Positions 1-10,865 of a DNA stretch of 64,000 nt are shown here, in pieces (the first letter of the stretch is position 1; each line of letters begins with the position of its first letter). Location of the stretch: the NCBI RefSeq assembly GCF_003334255.1, contig NZ_QOWU01000013.1. One strand, 5' to 3'. The translations under genes and the position numbers were made by a program. The notes under the pieces were generated by a model. It had not been told where the DNA came from. It did not search any database and saw only the letters and a list, made by a program, of their open reading frames with translations. This DNA is from Escherichia coli (GTDB lineage Bacteria > Pseudomonadota > Gammaproteobacteria > Enterobacterales > Enterobacteriaceae).

Positions 1-223
1 GATAATCTTCCACGCACCAGGCGGCAACAATCACCATCGCCGCACCCAGTTTGCTCTGGTATTGGGTCAGACGTTGTTTATCCAGCCCACGACCATACAG
101 CAGCCAGCCGCTACGACCTGCGTGGTAATCCAGTGGCATCACTTCATCACCACTTAATGAAAGAGGCAGACCCGGCCATAAAGAGACATCTTCAGGCAGG
201 TCGCACCAGGTAATGTTAGGCAT
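1..223 (-). CDS. serB: phosphoserine phosphatase SerB, N-terminal part only (gene runs off the left edge)
   Basis: Reverse-strand ATG at 221-223. Hand translation gives MPNITWCDLPEDVSLWPGLPLSLSGDEVMPLDYH..., the SerB N-terminus. Absent from the ORF track because there is no stop in the window. Confidence 0.85.
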   Translation of the reverse strand, partial: MPNITWCDLPEDVSLWPGLPLSLSGDEVMPLDYHAGRSGWLLYGRGLDKQRLTQYQSKLGAAMVIVAAWCVEDY

Positions 224-328
224 TAAGGCTCCTGTAAAATCGTTCGAAGCAGGGAAAATAACGCATGAGGCTACCTTGTATCCATTGCTTCTGGCAACAT
301 TAAGTCTCAAATTTTCAAAGGGTGGAAG

Positions 329-973
329 ATGGCTCGCACAAAACTGAAATTCCGGCTGCATCGGGCAGTGATTGTCCTGTTCTGTCTTGCCTTGTTAGTG
401 GCGCTGATGCAGGGAGCGTCATGGTTTAGTCAAAACCACCAGCGACAGCGTAATCCACAGCTGGAAGAACTGGCCCGCACCCTGGCGCGTCAGGTGACGC
501 TGAACGTTGCACCGCTGATGCGTACCGACTCACCGGATGAAAAACGCATTCAGGCGATCCTCGATCAGTTAACGGATGAAAGCCGTATCCTCGACGCGGG
601 TGTGTATGACGAACAAGGCGATCTTATCGCACGTTCTGGCGAAAGCGTCGAAGTGCGCGACCGGCTGGCGCTCGACGGTAAAAAAGCAGGCGGCTATTTT
701 AACCAGCAGATTGTCGAGCCAATTGCGGGTAAAAACGGACCGCTCGGCTATCTGCGCCTGACACTCGACACCCATACGCTCGCCACCGAAGCCCAACAGG
801 TGGATAACACCACTAACATTTTACGCCTGATGTTGCTGCTCTCACTGGCAATCGGTGTAGTGCTGACCCGCACGCTGCTACAGGGTAAACGCACCCGCTG
901 GCAGCAATCGCCCTTCCTGTTAACCGCCAGCAAACCGGTGCCGGAAGAGGAAGAAAGCGAGAAAAAAGAGTGA
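329..973 (+). CDS. ytjB: inner-membrane protein YtjB (Smp)
   Basis: 214-aa ORF with N-terminal and C-terminal hydrophobic helices. Sequence and position between serB and lplA match K-12 ytjB. Confidence 0.9.
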   Translation: MARTKLKFRLHRAVIVLFCLALLVALMQGASWFSQNHQRQRNPQLEELARTLARQVTLNVAPLMRTDSPDEKRIQAILDQLTDESRILDAGVYDEQGDLIARSGESVEVRDRLALDGKKAGGYFNQQIVEPIAGKNGPLGYLRLTLDTHTLATEAQQVDNTTNILRLMLLLSLAIGVVLTRTLLQGKRTRWQQSPFLLTASKPVPEEEESEKKE

Positions 974-1000
974 CCCATTACTACAAGAAAGGAAATCGTT

Positions 1001-2017
1001 ATGTCCACATTACGCCTGCTCATCTCTGACTCTTACGACCCGTGGTTTAACCTGGCGGTGGAAGAGTGTATTTTTCGCCAAATGCCCGCCACGCAGCGCG
1101 TTCTGTTTCTCTGGCGCAATGCCGACACGGTAGTAATTGGTCGCGCGCAGAACCCGTGGAAAGAGTGTAATACCCGGCGGATGGAAGAAGATAACGTCCG
1201 CCTGGCGCGGCGCAGTAGCGGTGGCGGCGCGGTGTTCCACGATCTCGGCAATACCTGCTTTACCTTTATGGCTGGCAAGCCGGAGTACGATAAAACTATC
1301 TCCACGTCGATTGTGCTCAATGCGCTGAACGCGCTCGGCGTCAGCGCCGAAGCGTCCGGACGTAACGATCTGGTGGTGAAAACCGTCGAAGGCGACCGCA
1401 AAGTCTCAGGCTCGGCCTATCGCGAAACCAAAGATCGCGGCTTCCACCACGGCACCTTGCTACTCAATGCCGACCTCAGCCGCCTGGCAAACTATCTCAA
1501 TCCGGATAAAAAGAAACTGGCGGCGAAAGGCATTACGTCGGTACGTTCCCGCGTGACCAACCTCACCGAGCTGTTGCCGGGGATCACCCATGAGCAGGTT
1601 TGCGAGGCCATAACCGAGGCCTTTTTCGCCCATTATGGCGAGCGCGTGGAAGCGGAAATCATCTCCCCGAACAAAACGCCAGACTTGCCAAACTTCGCCG
1701 AAACCTTTGCCCGCCAGAGTAGCTGGGAATGGAACTTCGGTCAGGCTCCGGCATTCTCGCATCTGCTGGATGAACGCTTTACCTGGGGCGGCGTGGAACT
1801 GCATTTCGACGTTGAAAAAGGCCATATCACCCGCGCCCAGGTGTTTACCGACAGCCTCAACCCCGCGCCGCTGGAAGCCCTCGCCGGACGACTGCAAGGC
1901 TGCCTGTACCGCGCAGATATGCTGCAACAGGAGTGCGAAGCGCTGTTGGTTGACTTCCCGGAACAGGAAAAAGAGCTACGGGAGTTATCGGCATGGATGG
2001 CGGGGGCTGTAAGGTAG
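1001..2017 (+). CDS. lplA: lipoate-protein ligase A
   Basis: 338-aa [28 protein letters not shown]... recognised as LplA. Confidence 0.97.
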
Positions 2018-3349
2018 TTACCCGCCCATGCGGGCAACTTTCTCTTCGATTTGCCGGATTTTTTCCGGCATTTCTTGCGCAATGTGGCGAAACGCCTCGC
2101 TGATACGCGGATCTCTGGCGACCGTTTGCCAGAACTGCTGCGCCAGCGGGATCGCCGTTAACCAAGCGCTTTTACTGACGTTAAGATCAAACTTCACCTC
2201 AATGGCAGCATCACGCAGCATTCCAGCGCTGTTTGGTGCATAGACCATCGGCAGCATGTCGTAGACGGGCGTCAGCGCAAATGGCGGTTCAGATAAATAA
2301 AACGATAAATTACCTGCGTGCATATCGCTGTTGGCGATAAGTCGCCCAAATGCCCAGATCACTTCTGTTTGCGCCACGCTCTGGTGAGTGACAAGTTGTT
2401 GCTCACACAAACGGCGCATTGCCTGCGGCCACGATCCCGGAGAAGAGATAAACTCACTCTGCACCGCCTCCAGCGACACAATAGGCAAGCGACCATCGTT
2501 ACCTTTGCAGTCAAAGCGTTCCGCTTCGAGGAATACCTGCCTGTTACTTGTTACAAGCACCGTTGACTCGATGGCGTGGATCCCACCGTCACGCAGGATT
2601 TGCGCGGCAATAGATTCAGCAATTAGCAGGTCACCCCAACGTTGGCTGACCGCGGTTTGCTGTGGTACGGTGAATTTCACCAACACATGTTTATTGCCTG
2701 ACGGCGTTTGTGCATAGTAGGTAAATTTTGGCTGCTCGCCGCCCGCAGAAGAACCCACAATTTCTCCTGCCAGTGCATCACTTGCCAGCTGTTCGTAATG
2801 GGTGAGTTTTTGATCCAGAGGAATTTCCGCAGGGTGTTGTGCAGTAATCCATCGCTGATAATTCCCCTCCCCGACCAACCAACCGCCAGTATATTCACCG
2901 TTAAATACGGTCAGGGCGTAGAGCACATCTTCTTCCTGCCAGAGACGTATATCATCAGTCAGATTCAGTTGCGCGGCTAACTTCCTGCCCCACGCGCGCC
3001 CTAAAAAGCCCTGCGGTCGGAGATCGGTCAAATACCAGGGCAAACCATCAAACCACTGTTCGTCGCCATCTGCGCCTGTTACCAGACAACTTCCCTGCGG
3101 CCAGCACAACCGGATGTCGGCGAATTTATGCGCCTTTCCGGTATCGTCCACCCGCCAGACGGGAATACGCTCAATTCCGCGATAAGGACGCAGCAGTGCA
3201 TATCGCGTTGCCCGTGCTTTACCAAAGCGAATCACCCGATCTTCTCTGGCAACAAGGCGTGAGAACGTCGCCTGACTGATTGCCAGACGCTGGCGCAATT
3301 CCGGGGCAGAACGCGGCCCTTGCAGTAAAAGATCAGTCAGCTCGCTCAT
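2018..3349 (-). CDS. yjjJ: HipA-like Ser/Thr kinase with fused N-terminal HTH (YjjJ)
   Basis: 443-aa ORF. The N-terminal HTH reads LTDLLLQGPRSAPELRQRLAISQATFSRL. The C-terminal HipA-type kinase core contains NSDMHAGNLSF. Confidence 0.9.
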   Translation of the reverse strand: MSELTDLLLQGPRSAPELRQRLAISQATFSRLVAREDRVIRFGKARATRYALLRPYRGIERIPVWRVDDTGKAHKFADIRLCWPQGSCLVTGADGDEQWFDGLPWYLTDLRPQGFLGRAWGRKLAAQLNLTDDIRLWQEEDVLYALTVFNGEYTGGWLVGEGNYQRWITAQHPAEIPLDQKLTHYEQLASDALAGEIVGSSAGGEQPKFTYYAQTPSGNKHVLVKFTVPQQTAVSQRWGDLLIAESIAAQILRDGGIHAIESTVLVTSNRQVFLEAERFDCKGNDGRLPIVSLEAVQSEFISSPGSWPQAMRRLCEQQLVTHQSVAQTEVIWAFGRLIANSDMHAGNLSFYLSEPPFALTPVYDMLPMVYAPNSAGMLRDAAIEVKFDLNVSKSAWLTAIPLAQQFWQTVARDPRISEAFRHIAQEMPEKIRQIEEKVARMGG

Positions 3350-3352
3350 TAA

Positions 3353-3385
3353 TGAATAGATTCGTGAATAGATACTTGAATAGAT
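3353..3385 (-). promoter_or_regulatory. three tandem 12-bp repeats (TGAATAGATnnn) abutting the yjjJ start, candidate operator
   Basis: TGAATAGAT occurs at 3353, 3365 and 3377 (period 12), with a fourth copy at 3442-3450. The last repeat ends 3 nt from the yjjJ ATG. Function is inferred only. Confidence 0.35.
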
Positions 3386-3453
3386 TTATTAACACATTTC
3401 ACTGAAAAGTATAGCGAAAATATTCAAGCTGGAGAGAAAAATGAATAGATACT

Positions 3454-3484
3454 AAAAAGCCGGAGCAGTCTCCCGCTCCGGCTT
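3454..3484 (-). terminator. rho-independent terminator of the deo operon
   Basis: Stem gccggagc (3459-3466) pairs with gctccggc (3475-3482). It is followed on the minus strand by a run of 5 T and lies about 30 nt after the deoD stop. Confidence 0.75.
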
Positions 3485-3515
3485 CACAAGGCAATCGCCT
3501 TGCAGCGAAACACAA

Positions 3516-4235
3516 TTACTCTTTATCGCCCAGCAGAACGGATTCCAGTGCGATTTTGATCATGTCGTTGAAGGTAGTCTGACGCTCAGCGGCAGTGGTC
3601 TGCTCGTGAGTGCGGATGTGGTCAGATACGGTGCAGATGGTCAGGGCTTTCGCGCCAAATTCTGCAGCGACGCCGTAGATACCAGCCGCTTCCATTTCCA
3701 CGCCGAGAATGCCGTATTTTTCCATCACGTCGAACATTTCGCCGTCCGGAGAGTAGAACAGGTCAGCGGAGAACAGGTTACCCACGCGAGCATCAATACC
3801 CAGTGCTTTAGCTGCATCTACTGCGTTACGCACCATGTCGAAGTCAGCGATAGCGGCAAAGTCATGGTCTTTAAAACGGATGCGGTTAACTTTGGAATCG
3901 GTGCAGGCACCCATACCGATAACGACGTCGCGCAGTTTTACGTGCGGCAGAACTGCGCCACAGGAACCCACGCGGATAATTTTCTTCACGCCGAAATCGG
4001 TGATCAGTTCTTTGGTGTAGATGGAGCAGGACGGGATACCCATACCGTGACCCATTACGGAAATTTTGCGGCCTTTGTAAGTACCGGTGAAGCCCAGCAT
4101 ACCGCGAACGTTGTTCACTTCACGGGCATCTTCAAGGAAAGTTTCAGCAATATACTTCGCACGCAGCGGGTCGCCTGGCATCAAAACTACGTCAGCGAAA
4201 TCGCCCATTTCTGCATTAATGTGTGGGGTAGCCAT
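3516..4235 (-). CDS. deoD: purine nucleoside phosphorylase DeoD
   Basis: ORF-track frame 3516..4292 trimmed to internal [28 protein letters not shown] (239 aa), the known DeoD N-terminus. Confidence 0.97.
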
Positions 4236-4291
4236 TGTTTTATCCTTTTTGTGACATAACAAAGGCGGAGTCAACGCTCCGCCCAAATCCA

Positions 4292-5536
<1,245 letters not shown>

Positions 5537-5566
5537 TCAAATTTAAATGATCAGATCAGTATACCG

Positions 5567-6889
5567 TTATTCGCTGATACGGCGATAGACAGTTGGTGTG
5601 CTTTCCGGTGCTTTATCGGCAAGTTTAATTGCCGCTTTCACCGCTTTCGCCGCTTCCTGCCAGTTGTTTTCGTCTTTCGCGTGGATAACCGCCAGCGGAC
5701 GCTGACCGTCTACCTGGTCGCCCAGACGCGCCATATCAGTAAAGCCGACGCTGTAATCGATGGTGTCAGATGCCTGACGGCGTCCGCCGCCCATTGCAAC
5801 CACTGCCATCCCCAGCGCGCGGGTATCCATTTCACTGACAAAACCTTCGGTATCAGCATAGACTGCTTTCGTCAGCATCGCTGTCGGCAGATACTTCGCG
5901 TAGTTCTCAACGAAGTCGGTCGGGCCTTTTTGTGCCGCTACCATACGACCAAAGACTTCTGCCGCTTTACCGTTGTCCAGCACCGCCTGCAATTTCGCGC
6001 GCGCTTCGGCGTCATCTTTCGCCAGTTTGCCGGAGATCAGCATCTCCACGCACAGCGCCATCGTGACATCAAACAGACGCGGGTTACGATATTCACCCGT
6101 CAGGAACTGCACCGCTTCACGAACTTCAACCGCGTTACCTGCACTGGAGGCCAGTACCTGATTCATGTCGGTGAGCAGCGCGGTGGTGCGCACGCCAGCG
6201 CCGTTAGCCACGCCAACAATCGCTTCGGCAAGGGCTTCAGAGAGTTCGTAGGTCGGCATAAACGCGCCGCTACCCACTTTCACGTCCATCACCAGCGCGT
6301 CCAGACCTTCCGCAAGTTTCTTCGCCAGAATAGAGGCGGTGATCAGCGGGATGGAGTCCACGGTTGCGGTAATATCACGGGTCGCGTAGAAACGTTTATC
6401 AGCCGGAGCCAGTGAACTGGTCTGACCGATAATCGCCACGCCGACGTCTTTAATAATTTCGCGGAAACGGTTGTCATCCGGGAAAATGTCGAAGCCAGGG
6501 ATGGATTCCAGTTTGTCGAGCGTACCGCCAGTATGACCGAGGCCGCGACCAGAGATCATCGGAATATAGCCGCCGCAGGCTGCGACCATCGGCCCCAACA
6601 TCAGCGAAGTCACATCGCCGACGCCACCGGTGGAGTGTTTATCAACAATCGGGCCATTCAGATGCAGGCTTTTCCAGTCGAGAACGGTTCCTGAATCTCG
6701 CATCGCCATGGTCAGCGAGACACGCTCAGGCATTGTCATATCGTGGAAGAAAATGGTCATCGCGAGGGCGGCAATCTGCCCTTCGGAGATAGTGTTGTCG
6801 CGAATACCGTTGATAAAGAAACGAATTTCTTCATCGCTCAGCGCATGACCATCACGTTTTTTACGAATAATTTCTTGTGCGAGAAACAA
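5567..6889 (-). CDS. deoA: thymidine phosphorylase DeoA
   Basis: 440-aa [31 protein letters not shown].... Confidence 0.97.
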
Positions 6890-6924
6890 GGTAACCTCCC
6901 GAGGAAAAGAGTATGAGGCGGCTT

Positions 6925-7003
6925 TTGCCGGATGCGTCTACGCCTTATCCGGCCTACGGGTAGATACGTCTCGTAGGCCTGATAAGCGCAGCGCATCAGG
7001 CGT
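6925..7003. repeat. BIME: pair of inverted REP elements between deoA and deoC
   Basis: gccggatgcgtctacgccttatccggcctac is followed by the inverted copy gtaggcctgataagcgcagcgcatcaggc. Confidence 0.8.
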
Positions 7004-7015
7004 AAAGCATCTTAC

Positions 7016-7795
7016 TTAGTAGCTGCTGGCGCTCTTACCGTCGCCGTGACCCAGCGCTTTCAGCAGGCTTGCCAGCAGGCTGGAAGCGCCAAAGCGGTAG
7101 TGACGCGCATCTGCCCAGTCAGCACCGAACAGTTCATCTGCAATGGCGAGATATTTCTGCGCATCTTCCGCAGTACGCACGCCGCCCGCCGGTTTGAAAC
7201 CAACGGTTTTTTCTACGCCCATATCACGGATCACTTCCATCATGATGCGCGCGCTTTCCGGCGTCGCGTTCACAGCCACTTTACCGGTAGAGGTTTTGAT
7301 GAAGTCCGCACCCGCTTTGATGGAGATTTCAGACGCTTTACGGATCAGCGCTTCGTCTTTCAGTTCGCCGGTTTCGATGATCACTTTCAGCAGTACATTC
7401 GCTGCCGCGCAAGCCTCTTTACAGGCTTTCACCAGGTCAAAACCAACCTGCTCGTTACCCGCCATCAGCGCGCGGTACGGGAACACAACGTCAACTTCAT
7501 CAGCACCGTAGGCGATTGCCGCACGGGTTTCTGCCAGCGCGATGTCGATGTCGTCGTTACCGTGTGGGAAGTTGGTTACCGTAGCGATACGGATTTCCGG
7601 GGTGCCCTGCTCTTTCAGAGTTTTGCGAGCAATCGGGATAAAGCGAGGATAGATACAGATAGCGGCGGTATTGCCGACCGGAGTTTTGGCCTGATGACAC
7701 AGGGCGATCACTTTCTCGTCGGTGTCGTCGTCATTCAGGGTGGTCAGGTCCATCAATTTCAGTGCACGCAGGCTGCTTGCTTTCAGATCAGTCAT
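7016..7795 (-). CDS. deoC: deoxyribose-phosphate aldolase DeoC
   Basis: ORF frame 7016..7819 trimmed to [29 protein letters not shown] (259 aa), the known N-terminus. Confidence 0.97.
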   Translation of the reverse strand: MTDLKASSLRALKLMDLTTLNDDDTDEKVIALCHQAKTPVGNTAAICIYPRFIPIARKTLKEQGTPEIRIATVTNFPHGNDDIDIALAETRAAIAYGADEVDVVFPYRALMAGNEQVGFDLVKACKEACAAANVLLKVIIETGELKDEALIRKASEISIKAGADFIKTSTGKVAVNATPESARIMMEVIRDMGVEKTVGFKPAGGVRTAEDAQKYLAIADELFGADWADARHYRFGASSLLASLLKALGHGDGKSASSY

Positions 7796-7839
7796 TTCAT
7801 TCTCCTGGCTTGTCGCCAATAAAATTCACCTTGCGAGTT

Positions 7840-7855
7840 TGTTAGTATTCTAACA
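7840..7855 (-). promoter_or_regulatory. DeoR operator O2 overlapping the deoP2 -10 element
   Basis: The minus strand reads TGTTAGAATACTAACA, a 14/16 palindrome containing TAGAAT. It lies exactly 599 bp from O1, as described for the deo operon. Confidence 0.85.
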
Positions 7856-7872
7856 TCTACTCCGCAACACAC

Positions 7873-7941
7873 TTCGATACACATCACAATTAAGGAAATC
7901 TACTTACAAGTTTGCATCACTGTAATGCGATCTGGTTCAAA
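7873..7941 (-). promoter_or_regulatory. deoP2 CRP-1 and CRP-2 sites (CytR-regulated region)
   Basis: The minus strand reads TGTGATGTGTATCGAA (7873-7888) and TTTGAACCAGATCGCA (7926-7941). Their centres lie 40.5 and 93.5 bp upstream of a start site placed 7 nt after the O2 TAGAAT. Confidence 0.8.
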
Positions 7942-8052
7942 TAATTCACTTTCAAATGAATGCGTCAGTGGTGGCAAACGCATCAGGATCAAAGTGAACA
8001 TCACGAAACTTCTTACAATGGCGCATCACCTTCGGCATAAAAGGAAAAGAAG

Positions 8053-9603
8053 ATGCCCACTTCTCATGAAAATGCACTGCAACAACGTTGCCAGCAAATT
8101 GTCACCAGCCCAGTGCTTAGCCCGGAGCAGAAGCGCCATTTTCTGGCACTGGAAGCAGAAAACAATCTGCCTTACCCACAGCTTCCTGCCGAAGCCCGCC
8201 GCGCGCTGGATGAAGGTGTAATCTGCGATATGTTTGAAGGTCATGCGCCGTACAAACCGCGCTATGTCTTACCCGATTACGCCCGTTTTCTGGCGAACGG
8301 TTCCGAATGGCTGGAGCTGGAAGGCGCGAAAGATCTTGATGACGCACTCTCTCTGCTGACCATTCTTTACCACCACGTACCGTCGGTCACATCGATGCCG
8401 GTCTACCTGGGGCAACTGGATGCGTTGTTGCAACCGTATGTTAGAATTCTAACACAAGACGAGATCGATGTTCGAATAAAACGTTTCTGGCGTTACCTCG
8501 ACAGAACCCTGCCAGACGCCTTTATGCACGCCAATATCGGCCCGTCTGATTCGCCCATTACCCGCGCGATCTTACGTGCAGATGCAGAGTTGAAGCAGGT
8601 TTCACCGAACCTGACCTTTATCTACGATCCTGAAATCACCCCTGATGACCTGCTGCTGGAAGTGGCGAAGAACATCTGTGAATGTAGCAAACCGCACATC
8701 GCCAACGGTCCGGTGCATGATAAAATTTTCACAAAAGGGGGCTACGGGATTGTGAGCTGTTACAACTCACTGCCGCTGGCGGGTGGTGGCAGCACGCTGG
8801 TACGCCTTAACCTGAAAGCCATTGCCGAGCGCAGCGAATCGCTGGATGACTTCTTTACGCGCACTCTACCGCACTACTGCCAGCAGCAGATCGCCATCAT
8901 CGATGCGCGGTGTGAATTCCTCTATCAACAATCACACTTCTTTGAGAATAGCTTCCTGGTGAAAGAAGGGCTGATTAACCCTGAACGTTTTGTGCCAATG
9001 TTTGGCATGTATGGGCTGGCGGAAGCGGTTAACTTGCTGTGTGAAAAAGAAGGGATTGCCGCGCGCTACGGTAAAGAAGCCGCCGCAAATGAAGTAGGTT
9101 ATCGCATCAGCGCGCAACTGGCGGAGTTTGTCGCCAATACCCCCGTGAAATATGGCTGGCAAAAACGCGCCATGTTACACGCACAGTCGGGGATCAGTTC
9201 CGATATCGGCACCACGCCGGGCGCGCGTTTGCCGTATGGCGATGAGCCAGATCCGATCACCCATCTGCAAACTGTCGCCCCGCATCATGCTTATTATTAT
9301 TCCGGCATCAGCGACATTCTGACGCTCGACGAAACCATCAAACGTAACCCGCAGGCACTGGTACAGCTTTGCCTCGGTGCCTTTAAAGCCGGAATGCGTG
9401 AATTTACCGCCAATGTCAGCGGTAACGATCTGGTTCGCGTTACCGGTTATATGGTGCGTTTGTCGGATTTAGAAAAATATCGCGCCGAAGGTTCACGCAC
9501 CAACACCACCTGGCTGGGCGAAGAAGCCGCACGCAACACTCGTATTCTGGAACGCCAGCCGCGCGTGATAAGCCATGAACAGCAGATGCGCTTTAGTCAG
9601 TAA
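8053..9603 (+). CDS. yjjI: YjjI-family glycyl-radical enzyme of unknown substrate
   Basis: 516-aa ORF with a C-terminal glycyl-radical-type motif ([12 protein letters not shown]). It is followed by an overlapping activase gene. Confidence 0.9.
8439..8454 (-). promoter_or_regulatory. DeoR operator O1 / deoP1 -10, located inside the yjjI reading frame
   Basis: Perfect 16-bp palindrome TGTTAGAATTCTAACA. It encodes YVRILT of YjjI and lies 599 bp from O2. Confidence 0.85.
8718..8733 (-). promoter_or_regulatory. DeoR distal operator OE (candidate)
   Basis: TGATAAAATTTTCACA matches 12/16 positions of the operator palindrome. It lies exactly 279 bp beyond O1, the published O1-OE spacing as I recall it. 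Confidence 0.6.
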
Positions 9604-10438
9604 GATTATCCCCTTCTCCTGCGTTGACGGGCCAGGCAGTCGTCTGGCTCTGTTTTTGCAGGGCTGCAATCTGCGCTGCAAAAACTGTCACAATCCGTGG
9701 ACGATGGGACGTTGCAATGACTGTGGGGAGTGCGTGCCACAGTGTCCGCATCAGGCGTTGCAGATTGTTGACGGCAAAGTGGTGTGGAACGCTGTGGTTT
9801 GCGAGCAGTGTGATACCTGCCTGAAGAGGTGTCCGCAACATGCCACGCCCATGGCGCAATCCATGAGCGTGGACGAAGTGCTTAGCCATGTCCGCAAAGC
9901 AGTGCTGTTTATCGAAGGGATAACGGTGAGTGGCGGTGAAGCCACGACCCAGCTGCCGTTTGTGGTGGCGCTGTTTACTGCTATCAAAAACGATCCGCAA
10001 CTGCGCCATCTCACCTGTCTGGTGGACAGTAACGGCATGTTGAGCGAAACCGGCTGGGAAAAATTGCTCCCGGTGTGCGACGGCGCAATGCTCGATCTCA
10101 AAGCGTGGGGGAGCGAATGTCATCAACAACTCACCGGACGCGATAATCAGCAGATTAAGCGCAGCATCTATTTGCTGGCAGAGCGCGGCAAGCTGGCGGA
10201 ACTGCGTTTGCTGGTGATCCCTGGCCAGGTGGATTATTTGCAACACATCGAAGAACTGGCGGCGTTTATCAAGGGACTCGGCGATGTTCCGGTACGCCTG
10301 AACGCGTTTCATGCCCACGGCGTGTATGGCGAGGCGCAAAGCTGGGCGAGCGCCACGCCGGAAGACGTTGAGCCGTTGGCTGATGCGTTAAAGGTGCGCG
10401 GGGTGAGCCGGTTGATATTTCCGGCGCTCTATTTGTGA
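9575..10438 (+). CDS. yjjW: glycyl-radical enzyme activating protein (radical SAM) YjjW
   Basis: 287-aa ORF with [12 protein letters not shown] (CxxxCxxC) and two ferredoxin-like motifs, [12 protein letters not shown] and [12 protein letters not shown]. It overlaps the yjjI end by 29 nt. Confidence 0.9.
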
Positions 10439-10439
10439 C

Positions 10440-10865
10440 ATGCCGGATACGGCCTACGGTTCGGCACAGACTTGTAGGCCTGATAAGACGCGTCAAGCGT
10501 CGCATCAGGCATTGTGCGCCAACTGCCGGATGCGGCGCGAACGCCTTATCCGGCCTACGGTTCGGCACAAACCTGTAGGCATGATAAGACGCGACAAGCG
10601 TCGCATCAGGCATTATGCGCCGACTGCCGGATGCGGCGTGAACGCCTTATCCGGCCTACGGTTCGGCACAGACTTGTAGGCATGATAAGACGCGACAAGC
10701 GTCGCATCAGGCATTGTGCGCCAACTGCCGGATGCGGCGTGAACGCCTTATCCGGCCTACGGTTCGGCACAAACCTGTAGGCATGATAAGACGCGTTAAG
10801 CGTCGCATCAGGCATTGTGCGCCAACTGCCGGATGCGGCGTGAACGCCTTATCCGGCCTACGGCA
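10440..10865. repeat. BIME-2-type cluster: about 4.2 tandem copies of a 101-bp unit, each holding two inverted REPs
   Basis: gccggatgcggcg recurs at 10525, 10626, 10727 and 10828 (period 101), with a partial copy at 10441. Units alternate gccggatgcggcgtgaacgccttatccggcctac and gtaggcatgataagacgcg..aagcgtcgcatcaggc. Confidence 0.9.

Noticed and set aside
10440-10865. Possible CRISPR array (regularly spaced repeats)
   Set aside because: The whole 101-bp unit repeats, so there are no unique spacers. The repeat is the canonical REP palindrome family, and no cas genes are nearby.
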